64,000 nt of DNA from an uncultured bacterium (GCA_937948815.1 CALFAM010000329.1:33-64032), one strand, 5' to 3'. Positions 54,066 through 63,913 are shown, counted from the stretch's first letter. The notes: generated by a model from the sequence alone, not told the origin. A program made the numbers and translations.

Positions 54066-54872
54066 ATGGCCGGAACCGACAACCGCGGGGCAAACGATAT
54101 TGATCCACATGCGCCGAGCATCGTCCTGGTCGGACCACAGCTCGGGGAAAACATCGGCGCCAGCGCGCGGGCCATGCTCAACTGTGGGCTGGGTGACCTG
54201 CGCCTCGTGGCGCCGCGCGACGGCTGGCCGAGCCCGCAAGCGGAAGCTTCGGCGTCAGGCGCGCGCGCGGTGCTCGACGCAACGCGCTGTTTCGACGATA
54301 TGGCGGCCGCGGTTGCCGACCAGCAGCATGTCTACGTGACCACGGCACGACCACGGGACATGGACAAGCGGGTGGTCGACCCCCACGTCGCGGCAGCCGA
54401 GATTCGCGCCGCGGCTCAGCGTGGCGAGCGCTCGTGTGTCGTCTTCGGCCGTGAGCGAACCGGTCTCTTCAACGATGAGGTCGTGCTCGCCGGCACCGTC
54501 ATCACCATGCCGCTCAACCCAGGGTTCGCGTCGCTCAATCTGGCCCAGGCGGTGCTGCTGATCGCGTATGCATGGCGAACGAGCGGTGCGGAGGCGCTCG
54601 ACGAGCGCACGATCCCCTCGGGGCGCGCGCTGGCGACGAACGCCGAGGTCGTCGGCCTGTTCGAGCATCTCGAAGGCGCCCTCGATCTGACGGGCTTCTT
54701 CAAGACGGACGCACTCCGCCCCGTGATGGTCCGCAATCTGCGCAATCTCTTCCAGCGGGCGGCGCTGAGCGATCAGGAGGTCCGCAGCCTTCACGGCGTG
54801 GTCACCGCGCTGTCCGGCCTCCGCAAGCACCAGGTGCCGACCCCCGCGCCGGTCGACGACGAAGCGTCTTGA
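54066..54872 (+). CDS. SpoU/TrmJ-type RNA 2'-O-methyltransferase
   Basis: IVLVGPQLGENIGASARAMLNCG...VVFGRERTGL...PLNPGFASLNLAQAV are SPOUT class motifs. Confidence 0.85.
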   Translation: MAGTDNRGANDIDPHAPSIVLVGPQLGENIGASARAMLNCGLGDLRLVAPRDGWPSPQAEASASGARAVLDATRCFDDMAAAVADQQHVYVTTARPRDMDKRVVDPHVAAAEIRAAAQRGERSCVVFGRERTGLFNDEVVLAGTVITMPLNPGFASLNLAQAVLLIAYAWRTSGAEALDERTIPSGRALATNAEVVGLFEHLEGALDLTGFFKTDALRPVMVRNLRNLFQRAALSDQEVRSLHGVVTALSGLRKHQVPTPAPVDDEAS

Positions 54873-54896
54873 ACGCGCGATAGCGAACGCCAGAGC

Positions 54897-55763
54897 CTAG
54901 TGGTCGCCAGGGTTGGTGGCGTCTGCGGGGCTGACAAGCCCTGGCTCGAGGGTGCGCACGGTCTCGAGATCGGCATGAGTGTCGACATCGCGAAGTGCGG
55001 ACGGATCGAGCGTCACCGTCACGACTTCATGGGCCCGTGTCCGCAGAAGGCTGCCGGCACCGCGGTCGCCCTCGAGCTGAAGCAAGCGAGGGAAATGCTC
55101 GCGTGCGAAGAGCGCGGGGGCGCCGCGTACCGTGCCACGTTCGTCCGCGGCGGCGGCGATCGTCCGCTGGCTCGATCGGAAGGTCTGGATCAGCTGACGC
55201 AGATGGCGAGCCTCGAGGAGAGGCTGGTCTGCGGGCATCAGTAGGGCGGCGTCGATGTCCGGCGCCAGCTGCGCGATCCCGGCAGCAACCGACGTGCTCA
55301 GCCCTGCCTGCCAGCGCGGATTGTCGACGATTTCGAGGCGCCGTGTGGTCGGCACCTGAAGCGACGTCACGGCCTCGCGTACAGCGTCGCCGCGATAGCC
55401 CACAACGGCGACCACCTGCCGAACGTCGGCATCGAGCACGGCGAGACAGGCGTGCTGCACCAAGGGGCGGCCGCGAAACGTGGCGAGGGTTTTGGGCAGT
55501 CGCCGAGGGTCCCGGGCACGTGTTGGTTCCGGCGCGTCAGGGGCGGATGCCGTGAAGCGCGCTCCCCGCCCGGCCGCCAGGATGATTCCGCCAATACGGG
55601 CATGGTCGTTCGGTCGTGGTGCCGAGCGCTCGGCCGAAGGGGTCGGTGGTTTACCCCTGCGATGTGGTTTCAGGGGATCGGTCGGAGTGTTGTTCACGGC
55701 GCGTGGCAGGGTACCAGGCGCCCGTGCGGGAAGCGCTGTCGAGCGGTCGACGCCTTCGCGCAT
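54897..55763 (-). CDS. MobA/MocA-like nucleotidyltransferase
   Basis: GGIILAAGRGARF...RGRPLV...MPADQPLL. The N-terminal 60 aa or so are Pro/Arg-rich. The start is uncertain because there is no in-frame ATG or GTG closer to the domain. Confidence 0.7.
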   Translation of the reverse strand: MREGVDRSTALPARAPGTLPRAVNNTPTDPLKPHRRGKPPTPSAERSAPRPNDHARIGGIILAAGRGARFTASAPDAPEPTRARDPRRLPKTLATFRGRPLVQHACLAVLDADVRQVVAVVGYRGDAVREAVTSLQVPTTRRLEIVDNPRWQAGLSTSVAAGIAQLAPDIDAALLMPADQPLLEARHLRQLIQTFRSSQRTIAAAADERGTVRGAPALFAREHFPRLLQLEGDRGAGSLLRTRAHEVVTVTLDPSALRDVDTHADLETVRTLEPGLVSPADATNPGDH

Positions 55764-55793
55764 GAGCAATCGTTTCGTGCCAGGATCGGCGGC

Positions 55794-56480
55794 ATGGAAA
55801 GGTCATCGGTAGACATGTTGCCCTTCGAGACGCGCTTCGATCTGCCTGGCTGGGAGCTCTACGGAGCGCTGCTCGATACCGCCGGCTCGGGTGACGAACC
55901 TGACGGCGCCGCCTTGGCAGCGGTGCGGGCCGGAGTGGTCGAGGGTGCGCGCGCCAGTCGTTCCCTGAAGACCTTGGCGGCCTCGCCGACCGTGGCAGCT
56001 CTGCGTCGCTTGTTTCGGGCCGCGGGATGCGATCCAACCCGCTATCGACCGTCTTCGGAAGCACTGCTGCGCCGGGTCCTCAAGGGAGACGATCTGCCGG
56101 TGATTTCACCCTTGGTGGACATCAACAATGCGCTGTCCCTTGAGCTCGCCGTACCGTGCTGCGTCATGGCGCAAGACACGGTCCATCCGCCGCTCGTTCT
56201 GCGAGCAGGCGAGCCTGATGAGGCCTACGAGTCGCTGCGCGGCCCGTTCAAGCTTGCGGGAAAGCCGCTGCTGGTCGATCAGCTTGGCCCGTGTGACTCT
56301 CCGATCACGGGCAATACGCGCGTCAAGGTAGACGGTTCCACCCGCCGAGCGTGGTTGCTGGCGTACCTGCCAGAAGGCGTGGTGACCGCGCAAGAGGCAG
56401 ACGACGTGCTCCGCCGTTTGCTCCACCGAGCGCCAGTCGCGCGGATCGAGCATGCCGGTCGCGCGGCGAGCGCGGCGTGA
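55794..56480 (+). CDS. B3/B4 tRNA-binding domain protein
   Basis: RYRPSSEALLRRVLKGDDLPVISPLVDINNALSLELAVPCCVMAQD matches the B3_4 core. Confidence 0.7.
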   Translation: MERSSVDMLPFETRFDLPGWELYGALLDTAGSGDEPDGAALAAVRAGVVEGARASRSLKTLAASPTVAALRRLFRAAGCDPTRYRPSSEALLRRVLKGDDLPVISPLVDINNALSLELAVPCCVMAQDTVHPPLVLRAGEPDEAYESLRGPFKLAGKPLLVDQLGPCDSPITGNTRVKVDGSTRRAWLLAYLPEGVVTAQEADDVLRRLLHRAPVARIEHAGRAASAA

Positions 56481-56505
56481 ATCGGCGCCGTGGTAGCGTG
56501 ATTGG

Positions 56506-57156
56506 ATGAGCTGGAAGAAGCGTATGAAGGTCCTGAATGTGTCGATTTCACGTCGCCCGCTTCGCAGCGCGTTGGTGACGGGCGTGGTCATGCTCTTCGG
56601 GGCAGGTGTCTTCGTTTCTTCATCTGGACTGGCGTTGGATGTGGTCTACGTCGTGCGTCATGCTCAGAAGTCGAAAGATGACTTCTGGCGTGACCATGGC
56701 TCGCTGCGTCCCTTGAGCGAGAAGGGCGCGGTGTGCGCCGGTCGCCTGGCCACCAAGCTCGTGGACGAGTCAGTGGCTGCGGTGTACAGCAGCGAAACGA
56801 CGCGGACGGTCTCCACTGGCCTGGCGGTCAGCGGAGCGTTGCCGGCCACCGCAACGGCCACCGACGACACGGTACGCGACCTGGCATCGTTCACACACGC
56901 GGCCCGAGAACGCCATGCCGACGATCGGGCGATTCTGGTGGTCGGCCATAGCAATACGGTCGGCAAGGTCGTCGCCGCGTTCGCACCCGAGGTCGAGGCC
57001 TGCTGGGATGCGCTGGCCATGCGTCCGGACGGATCGGTCAGCGAAGCACAGTACGGCGACTTGTGGCGGATCGAGATCGGAAAGCCGGCGTGCGAGGGTG
57101 GCGTCGAGCATGCCACTCTCGGCCAGGCAGACGGGGTCGACTGTACGACGCAGTAG
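56506..57156 (+). CDS. Histidine phosphatase family protein (SixA/PGAM-like), membrane-anchored or secreted
   Basis: VVYVVRHAQKS catalytic RH motif and VVGHSNTV. N-terminal hydrophobic segment. Confidence 0.7.
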   Translation: MSWKKRMKVLNVSISRRPLRSALVTGVVMLFGAGVFVSSSGLALDVVYVVRHAQKSKDDFWRDHGSLRPLSEKGAVCAGRLATKLVDESVAAVYSSETTRTVSTGLAVSGALPATATATDDTVRDLASFTHAARERHADDRAILVVGHSNTVGKVVAAFAPEVEACWDALAMRPDGSVSEAQYGDLWRIEIGKPACEGGVEHATLGQADGVDCTTQ

Positions 57157-57266
57157 CGGGGCGGTGCCCAGCGCGTGGCGATGGCCGTGTGATGGCGGCG
57201 CTCGCGCGGCCGATCGAAATCGCCGACTGTCCATGACGGCCGCACGCCGTCGGCGCATGTCGCTTC

Positions 57267-58430
57267 CTACGTACGAGCACGCGTTGGACGCCCGATCAGG
57301 ACGGGTGCCCACCAAAGAGCCGCCGCGAGCGTCAACGTGAGAGCGAGCCAAACGGGTTTGCTCGGCGTTGTCCAAATGCGGCCGCGGAGCACCGGGCTCG
57401 TATAGGTTCCCGTGGTGTGGCCCTCGCCGGCTCGTGTCAGCAGGCTGTGGTCGACCTCTTCGCTCGGTAGCCGTCCATCGGGGGGCAGCGGTTTGGTGAT
57501 GTAGGGCTGAAAGAACGTGTGGAGCAGGTTGTCGACATGCCAGGCGGCCAGGTAGTCGCCGTCGGCATAGCGCTCGTTGCGGTGCCCGTTGTGACGGCTG
57601 GCTTCCGTGAGGTAGTAGTCCTGCAAGCAGCAGATTTCCCGCCCGGTCGGTGGGTTGGGGCCTGCCCATCGTTCGGCGCGGTCAGCAGCCAGGGCACGAA
57701 GCTGGTCGGGGGTATACCAGGAAAGAAACCGTCCAGCGACGGGGTCCTCGATGTGGTAGCCGAGATGGGCAAAGAAAACGAAGAAGCCGATCGTGAGAGC
57801 CAACACGGACGTGCTTCGAAACAAGGTGGGGAGTGCAGCACGAACCGTGAGGTGGGGTTGTCGCCATCTGGCGTCTGACGCGATGCAGAGCGCGAACAGC
57901 GCGCCGGTCACCGAAGCTGCGGCGTTGATGCCAATGTCGCGCGCTTCTCCGGTGCGACTGGGGGCGATGAACTGCACGGTTTCGTCGAGGGCGCCCGCGA
58001 AGGTCGACCAGATCGTTGCCAGCAGTGCCGCCCAGACCAGGCCGCGGCAGCGCAGGGCGCCGACCAGGAGGAAGGCGAGGCCGCCGTATTCGACGATGTG
58101 AATCCGCTCGCTCAGCGCGACCTGGAGACGCAGGCCGCGCGGTAAGGCAGGGCTCAAATGGGTGGATTGGACCCACAGGGCGATCAGCACCAGGACGAGT
58201 CCGGAATAGCGAAGGGCTCGTTGGCTGCGGATGCGCGTCAGCGCAATGCCCAGGGTGACGAGCAGCAGCAGACCGAGTCCGGCGCCGAGGATGACGACGC
58301 CACGCTCGGGGAAGAGGTCGAAAAGACCTCGCCGGAGCAAGCTCATGAAGGGGGCGCTGGCGATGATCGCCAGCGCCACGATCGTCGGTGTCAGCAGCCG
58401 GCGCATCGGTAGAGGCGGTGTCTCGAGCAT
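57267..58430 (-). CDS. Polytopic membrane protein with VanZ-like N-terminal domain
   Basis: Multiple TM spans. ERIHIVEYGGLAFLLVGAL and DETVQFIAPSRTGEARDIGINAAASVTGAL resemble VanZ family blocks. Confidence 0.6.
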   Translation of the reverse strand: MLETPPLPMRRLLTPTIVALAIIASAPFMSLLRRGLFDLFPERGVVILGAGLGLLLLVTLGIALTRIRSQRALRYSGLVLVLIALWVQSTHLSPALPRGLRLQVALSERIHIVEYGGLAFLLVGALRCRGLVWAALLATIWSTFAGALDETVQFIAPSRTGEARDIGINAAASVTGALFALCIASDARWRQPHLTVRAALPTLFRSTSVLALTIGFFVFFAHLGYHIEDPVAGRFLSWYTPDQLRALAADRAERWAGPNPPTGREICCLQDYYLTEASRHNGHRNERYADGDYLAAWHVDNLLHTFFQPYITKPLPPDGRLPSEEVDHSLLTRAGEGHTTGTYTSPVLRGRIWTTPSKPVWLALTLTLAAALWWAPVLIGRPTRART

Positions 58431-58548
58431 CCGCTAGAGGGTACCAAGGGCCGCGGAGCGAGATTGTGGCCAATTCGAGGCAGGTTCCGGGGTGTACACC
58501 GGCCTTTTCTTGTCAGGTGACGTACAATTACGAACGGAGTAGCGAGTC

Positions 58549-59409
58549 GTGCCGGATTCTTCCTTTACTTCGACATCGAGCGACGACGTGGCCACGAAAA
58601 TTCGGGCCGCGGAGCAGATGCTGGAAGGGTATATCCAGCGGCGCAAGAAGCCGTTGGCCGAGCTGGCGCTCTCGACCCTGCTCGAGCTTGCGCCTCAGCA
58701 CCCGCGGCGCGACGACTACACGATTTGGGTCGCGGAGATCGACCAAGAGGTCGCGGCGCAGTCGAGGGTCGAAGAGGCGTCGACGGGCGTACGGCGCGCG
58801 TTGATGGCCGGTGACTTCGAGTCAGCCCGGCGCAACCTGGCCGCCCTCGAGCCGCTCGATCCCGACGCGGCTTCGGCACTGGCGGGCGAGCTCGAGACCT
58901 CTGAGCGGACGCAGGCCGCGGACGCGTCGATCGAAGCACGCAAGCAGCGCATCGAATCCATGCTCACCGCCGGTGAGGTCAACGACGCCGAAGTCGAGAT
59001 CGAAGCCCTGGTCGAGCTGGAAGTTCCGAAGGTCACGGTCGACTTCTTCCTCCGCAGGCTCAAGGATCGCCGAGAGGCCCTGCGCAGTGCTGCCGAGCTG
59101 CGTTCATTGGAAAGCGTGTTCGACCAGCATGTCGACCGGCGCCGGTGGCCGTCCGCGCGAGATGTTGCGCGTGTGGTGGGCGAGCAGTTTGGCGACCTCG
59201 ATCGTGCCAGCCGCATGCTGGCCGAGATCGATCGCCAGGAAGCCGGTGAACGGCGGAAGCGGTCGGTGCAGCAGGGCATCACGGCCCTGGAGGGCTTCCT
59301 CGCCCGGGGTGATCGCCAGCAGGCCGAGCTGGCCTTGCGTGTCCTGCGAGGCTTGTCCGTCGGCGACGCCGAGCTTGCGCCCTACAAGCAGCGCCTCGAG
59401 TCCCTGTAG
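58549..59409 (+). CDS. Helical-repeat hypothetical protein
   Basis: GTG start. Entirely helix-prone and charged sequence with no recognisable catalytic motif. Confidence 0.5.
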   Translation: MPDSSFTSTSSDDVATKIRAAEQMLEGYIQRRKKPLAELALSTLLELAPQHPRRDDYTIWVAEIDQEVAAQSRVEEASTGVRRALMAGDFESARRNLAALEPLDPDAASALAGELETSERTQAADASIEARKQRIESMLTAGEVNDAEVEIEALVELEVPKVTVDFFLRRLKDRREALRSAAELRSLESVFDQHVDRRRWPSARDVARVVGEQFGDLDRASRMLAEIDRQEAGERRKRSVQQGITALEGFLARGDRQQAELALRVLRGLSVGDAELAPYKQRLESL

Positions 59410-59513
59410 CGGCGCCTCTTCGGGCGAGGTGAAGGGCGCGTGCTGCGCTGCAGTCACGGGCTGGCGTGTCAGCCTTGCTGTCGCGACGTCACCGTCATAG
59501 TCTCCACCGCGTG

Positions 59514-61652
59514 ATGAACGACGCAAACTCTACGGTCGCGGCGTTGTCCGGCGAGGCTGCCAGGACTTCCCACCAGGCAGAGCCTTCCCACCGGGCAGAA
59601 CCTTCCTCCCAGGCAGCCATTGAACGGTTCGCCTACATGACCTTGGCTCGAGAGCTGGACAGCCGTTTTGCATCGCTGTTGCTGACGGGTCGTCTGGCCA
59701 AGTGGTACAGCCAGATCGGTACCGAAGCCACATCCGTGGCGGCGGGCTTGGCGCTCGCCCCTGGAGACGTGCTCTGCAGCTTGCATCGCGACCTGGGGGC
59801 CATTCTCGCCGTCTACCTCGACCCGGCGCGGGCGTTCCCCGGCTGTGGCTTTGGTGCGGCCGATGGCTTGCGGCCCGAGCCCGAGAAGGTTCTCTATCGG
59901 TTGGCCTGCCAGCTGCTGGGGCGTGGCGACGGCTTCTCGAGTGGCATCGAGCGTTCGTTTCACTATGCCTATCTCGACCCCAATGCGGGCATCCGTCACA
60001 TCGGAATGATCAGCCATCTCGGCGCCATGATTCCGGTTGCGGCGGGCTGTGCCTTCGCGCTCAAACAGCAAGGGAGCGATCGTGTCGCGCTGAACTTCAT
60101 CGGTGATGGTGGCACGTCGACCGGCGATTTCCACGAAGGCCTCAACATGGCCTCCGTGTGGCGCCTGCCGCTGGTGCTCGTGGTCGAGAACAACCGCTAT
60201 GCCTTCTCGACCCCGACCGCGGAGCAATTCGCGGCCAGGCGGTTGTCAGATCGCGGTATCGGCTACGGCATGGCCGCGGAGACCGTCGATGGCAACGATC
60301 CCGCGGCTGTGGCTGCAGCGGTCGAGCGTGGCGTCGCGCGGGCACGCGCTGGCGAGGGGCCGACATTGGTCGAAGCGATGCTCGGTCGCATGCGGGGCCA
60401 TAGCGAGGGCGACGATTCCCTGAAGGTGGTGCCGCCCGATGAGCTGCAGGGCTACTTGGCCGACGATCCAGTCCCCGCCTATCGCGAGCACCTGTTGTCG
60501 ACCGGTGTGCTTGAAGCCGACCTGGCGGGGCGCATCGATGCCTGCATCAGCGAGCTGGTGGAGACGTCGGTCGAGAGCGCATTGGCGTCGTCGCAGCCCG
60601 ACCCGGCAACGGCGCACCGTCCCGTCTTCGCAGCCCCCGCCCTCGTCTCCGAGGCGCGTCTGCCGGAGCCGGAGGTGCGGGGCGAGCCCGTGACCTATGT
60701 CGAAGCGGTTCACCAGGCCCTGACGGAAGAGATGGAGCGAGATCCCTCGGTTCTCTTGATGGGGCAAGACATCGGCCGCTTCGAAGGGGCGTTTCGGGTC
60801 ACGCGCGGACTGTGGGCGAAGTGGCCGGATCGCGTTCGCGATACCCCGATCGCCGAGAGCGGTACATTGGGCATCGCCGCCGGTTCGGCCATGCTCGGCT
60901 ATCGCCCGGTGGTGGAGATGCAGTTCGCGGACTTCATCACCTGCGGCTTCAACCAACTCGTGAACGTCATTGCCAAGCTCTTCTATCGCTGGGAGATTCC
61001 TTGTCCGCTGGTGGTTCGCCTGCCATCGGGCGGTGGCGTGGGTGCCGGGCCTTTCCATTCGCAGAATCCGGAAGGTTGGTTCGCCCATGTCGCGGGACTG
61101 AAGGTGGTCTGCCCGGCGACCGTGGTCGATGCCAAGATTCTGCTCAAGGCCGCGATCCGCGACCCCGACCCGGTGGTCTTCTGTGAGCACAAGTTCCTCT
61201 ACCGCCGCATCAAGGGGCCGGTACCCGGCCCGGAAGCCGTCGGTCGCCTGGGCGAGGCGCGGGTGGTGCGGGAAGGAACCGATCTCACCCTCGTGGCCTA
61301 CGGCGCGTCGACCTGGACGGCGCTCGAAGCCGCGGACGTGCTGGCGTCGGAAGGTGTCGAGGCGGAGGTCGTCGACCTGCGGACGCTGGTGCCGTTCGAC
61401 GAAGAAACGGTCCTGGCCGCAGTGAAGAAAACCGGGCGCGCCGTGGTCGTTCACGAGGACCAGCTCACCGGCGGATTTGGTGGTGAGATCGCCGCCCGCA
61501 TTGCAGATCAGGCCTTTGCCTGGCTCGACGCACCGGTGCGACGGGTGGCCTATGCCGACGCACCGTCCCCGTTCGCCAAGAAGCTGGAGCAGGAGCTGTT
61601 GCCGACGAAGGACAAGGTTCTCGCGGCAGCGCGTGACGTGCTGGCCTTCTGA
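59514..61652 (+). CDS. Fused 2-oxoacid dehydrogenase E1 component (alpha + beta subunits in one polypeptide), TPP-dependent
   Basis: The alpha part has the TPP motif GDGGTSTGDFHEGLNMA..LVVENNRYA. The beta part has VTYVEAVHQAL..MGQDIG..FRVTRGL..DTPIAESG..EMQFADF. Confidence 0.9.
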   Translation: MNDANSTVAALSGEAARTSHQAEPSHRAEPSSQAAIERFAYMTLARELDSRFASLLLTGRLAKWYSQIGTEATSVAAGLALAPGDVLCSLHRDLGAILAVYLDPARAFPGCGFGAADGLRPEPEKVLYRLACQLLGRGDGFSSGIERSFHYAYLDPNAGIRHIGMISHLGAMIPVAAGCAFALKQQGSDRVALNFIGDGGTSTGDFHEGLNMASVWRLPLVLVVENNRYAFSTPTAEQFAARRLSDRGIGYGMAAETVDGNDPAAVAAAVERGVARARAGEGPTLVEAMLGRMRGHSEGDDSLKVVPPDELQGYLADDPVPAYREHLLSTGVLEADLAGRIDACISELVETSVESALASSQPDPATAHRPVFAAPALVSEARLPEPEVRGEPVTYVEAVHQALTEEMERDPSVLLMGQDIGRFEGAFRVTRGLWAKWPDRVRDTPIAESGTLGIAAGSAMLGYRPVVEMQFADFITCGFNQLVNVIAKLFYRWEIPCPLVVRLPSGGGVGAGPFHSQNPEGWFAHVAGLKVVCPATVVDAKILLKAAIRDPDPVVFCEHKFLYRRIKGPVPGPEAVGRLGEARVVREGTDLTLVAYGASTWTALEAADVLASEGVEAEVVDLRTLVPFDEETVLAAVKKTGRAVVVHEDQLTGGFGGEIAARIADQAFAWLDAPVRRVAYADAPSPFAKKLEQELLPTKDKVLAAARDVLAF

Positions 61653-61692
61653 CCGCGATAGCAGTCCATAAAACGCAGATCGGTGGAAAACG

Positions 61693-61719
61693 AAACGGCC
61701 GGGACGAGCCCGGCCGTTT
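61693..61719. terminator. Bidirectional hairpin AAACGGCCGGG-N5-CCCGGCCGTTT (11-bp stem)
   Basis: Lies between convergent stops at 61652 and 61748. The sequence closely resembles the hairpin at 50065-50089. Confidence 0.6.
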
Positions 61720-61747
61720 CAGGGTCATTGCCCGAGGGTGATTCGGC

Positions 61748-62734
61748 TCAGCGCCGCCGGCGCTCGTTGCGCTTGCGCTCGAGCTCTCGGCCAAGCTCTT
61801 CCATGCGCTCTTGGAGCTCTTCCATCCGGACTTCGAGCTCGCTGAAGTCGAGGTTCTCGAGCCGGGTCACGTAACCCTTCCATTCATCGCTCTCGAAAGT
61901 GTGCGTGATGGCGCTGAGCGCGTCCTCCAGCTCGGCTTCGTCCAGCACGCCGACGCTCAGGTTGGCGATGCCGGAAAAGTCGAGCCCCGAGAGGGCGTCG
62001 CCGATCACCCCGAGATCCAACGATTCGAGGGCATGGGTCACGGACTGATCGATGAGGCCCGATAGCTCGATCGTGGCACGCTGGCGCGCTTCGATGGTCG
62101 CGGTCACGACTTCGGCCCGGCGATCGCGAATAATCTCGATATCCGCCGGCGCATCGCCCTCGATCTTGCGGATCAATGAGCCGAGCTGGCCGCGACCCCG
62201 AATCCGTTCCCCATTGACGGAAGTGATGATGTCGCCGACCTGGATACCCGCGCGGGCGGCCGGTGAGTCTTCGATCACGCGCGACACGAGCGTTCCGGTC
62301 TCGGATGGGGCCCCAAAGTGAGCACGCAGCTCCTCGGTCAATGCGCTGGTTTGCACGCCGAGGAAGCCGCCCGAGGCGCCCAGGTTGAGGTAGCTCGGGC
62401 AGTCTTCGCCCTCGCCACAGTCCATCAATCGCAACGCGCTCAAACCCTCGAGCCCAGCCAGCCCCCCGAGCCCCTTCAGGCCCTCGAGCGCCTTCAATGC
62501 TTCGAGCCCCCCGAGCCCCTTCAGCCCTTCGAGCGCTTCGAGCCCTTCCAGATCGCTCAGGCTGTCGATCGTGATCACGCGGTGCTGCGCAGTGGCTTCT
62601 TCGTCGTCTCGATCGGATGTCTGGGCAAGGAGAGGCGCTGTGCCGAGCAGCAAGGTGGCAACCGGCAGCGCAGCCAGGCGGCGCAGTCGAGAAGCGAGCT
62701 GGGGAGCAGAGAACGGTCGGAGTGCATCGTTCAT
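61748..62734 (-). CDS. Secreted PDZ-domain protein with Gly-Leu repeat region and charged C-terminal helix
   Basis: ATGA overlap with the anti-sigma stop. Signal-like LPVATLLLGTAPLLAQT. PDZ core GFLGVQ..GTLVSRVIEDSPAARAGIQVGDIITSVNGERI. No protease domain. Confidence 0.8.
   Translation of the reverse strand: MNDALRPFSAPQLASRLRRLAALPVATLLLGTAPLLAQTSDRDDEEATAQHRVITIDSLSDLEGLEALEGLKGLGGLEALKALEGLKGLGGLAGLEGLSALRLMDCGEGEDCPSYLNLGASGGFLGVQTSALTEELRAHFGAPSETGTLVSRVIEDSPAARAGIQVGDIITSVNGERIRGRGQLGSLIRKIEGDAPADIEIIRDRRAEVVTATIEARQRATIELSGLIDQSVTHALESLDLGVIGDALSGLDFSGIANLSVGVLDEAELEDALSAITHTFESDEWKGYVTRLENLDFSELEVRMEELQERMEELGRELERKRNERRRR
62462..62551. repeat. Two imperfect 45-bp tandem units built of 9-bp GAGCCCYTY-type subrepeats
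   Basis: Encodes LEGLEALEGLKGLGGLEALKALEGLKGLGGL in the PDZ protein. Confidence 0.85.
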
Positions 62735-63276
62735 GGGGTGGAACCTCCAGTGGAGAAGACAGCGCGTTGGGCTTGGCCATCGCGTGCGCGTGAATGCTGT
62801 GTCGGCCAGGCGCCGGGTTGGTGGCGGGCCAGCCGTCCGAGATCGAGAACGTAATCGGCCTGCTCCGTACCGCCGAGATAGACGACCGGGCGCGCGGCCG
62901 CATGCAGGCGCTGGAGTGCCGAAAGCTCGGCGCGAAGCTGTTGGTATTCGGACTCGAGCGCCTGAATCCGACGGGCCTTCGCGCTTGCTCGAGAATCGGG
63001 CGCGGCGGTGCTGGGCATGGGCTCGCTGCTCGCGCGATCATGATGCCCGTCTCTCCGGGACGAAGGGTACTCGAGCACCTGGGGTGCAACCGTCACCATG
63101 GCGACCACGGCGAGTGCGAAAGCGGCGGCCGTGGCCAGGCGAGGCCTGCGCGAGATGGGCGCCCGGCGCATGCGGGCCAGGACTCGCGGTGCCAGCCGAG
63201 GGGGTGCTTGCTCGCGAGGAAGGCTTCTCAGCAGCTCGTCGAGCTTCGGGTCCAGGTCATCGTTTGTTGGCTTCAT
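62731..63276 (-). CDS. Single-pass putative anti-sigma factor
   Basis: ATGA overlap with the sigma factor stop. Short cytoplasmic N-terminus, TM LATAAAFALAVVAMVTVAP, periplasmic C-terminus. No zf-HC2 motif. Confidence 0.55.
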   Translation of the reverse strand: MKPTNDDLDPKLDELLRSLPREQAPPRLAPRVLARMRRAPISRRPRLATAAAFALAVVAMVTVAPQVLEYPSSRRDGHHDRASSEPMPSTAAPDSRASAKARRIQALESEYQQLRAELSALQRLHAAARPVVYLGGTEQADYVLDLGRLARHQPGAWPTQHSRARDGQAQRAVFSTGGSTP

Positions 63277-63902
63277 GACCTCTCTCCATTCTCTGTAGAG
63301 CGCCAATAGGGCGCGAGGGCCTTCTTGAGCAGCGCGCGCGCGCGGAAAAGCCGAGACTTGACTGTACCGTCGCTGGTGCCGAGCGCCAGCGCGATCTGCT
63401 GGTACGAAAGCCCTTCGATCTCGCGCATGACCAATGGAGCTCGATACCGTAGATCGAGCGTTCCGATTGCATCGAGCACCCGTCGCTGGGCTTCGTCCGC
63501 GAGCAGGCTGGCCTGTGGCGACGTGGTTTGGCGCTGCTGTTCGGTCAGGGTGAACAGCGGCCGCAGCACATTCCAGCGGCTCTTGCGTCGTTCCTGGCTG
63601 CGCACCAGGTTGGTGGCGATGCGCAGGAGGTAGGCGGCCAATGTACCCTGATCCTGGTAGCGGTCCAGATGACGGAAGAAGCGCACGAAGGTCTCTTGGG
63701 CAAGCTCTTCCGCCTGGGCACGGCAGCGCAGCATCTTGGTCAGGTAGTTGACCACCAGGTCCTGGTGCCGGCCGATCAGCTCGGCGAAAGCCTCGTCGTC
63801 AGCAGCCCGCGACCGAGCGAGCAACTCCTTGTCAGAAATAGGGGTTGCATCCCGTTCGGGTCCCAGCGAGGTAGTGGTCAGGGGTTGGGGCTCTGCGTAC
63901 AT
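63273..63902 (-). CDS. ECF (sigma-E type) RNA polymerase sigma factor
   Basis: Region 2 FAELIGRHQDLVVNYLTKML..AEELAQETFVRFF. Region 4 PLVMREIEGLSYQQIALALGTSDGTVKSRLFRAR. Confidence 0.9.
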   Translation of the reverse strand: MYAEPQPLTTTSLGPERDATPISDKELLARSRAADDEAFAELIGRHQDLVVNYLTKMLRCRAQAEELAQETFVRFFRHLDRYQDQGTLAAYLLRIATNLVRSQERRKSRWNVLRPLFTLTEQQRQTTSPQASLLADEAQRRVLDAIGTLDLRYRAPLVMREIEGLSYQQIALALGTSDGTVKSRLFRARALLKKALAPYWRSTENGERS

Positions 63903-63913
63903 CTCGACCTACA

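Noticed and set aside
62440-62560. Short periodic DNA repeats that might be mistaken for a CRISPR-like or satellite array. The same question applies to 51400-51485.
   Set aside because: The repeats are contiguous with no spacers, in-frame, and encode peptide repeats within clearly coding genes. No cas genes are present.
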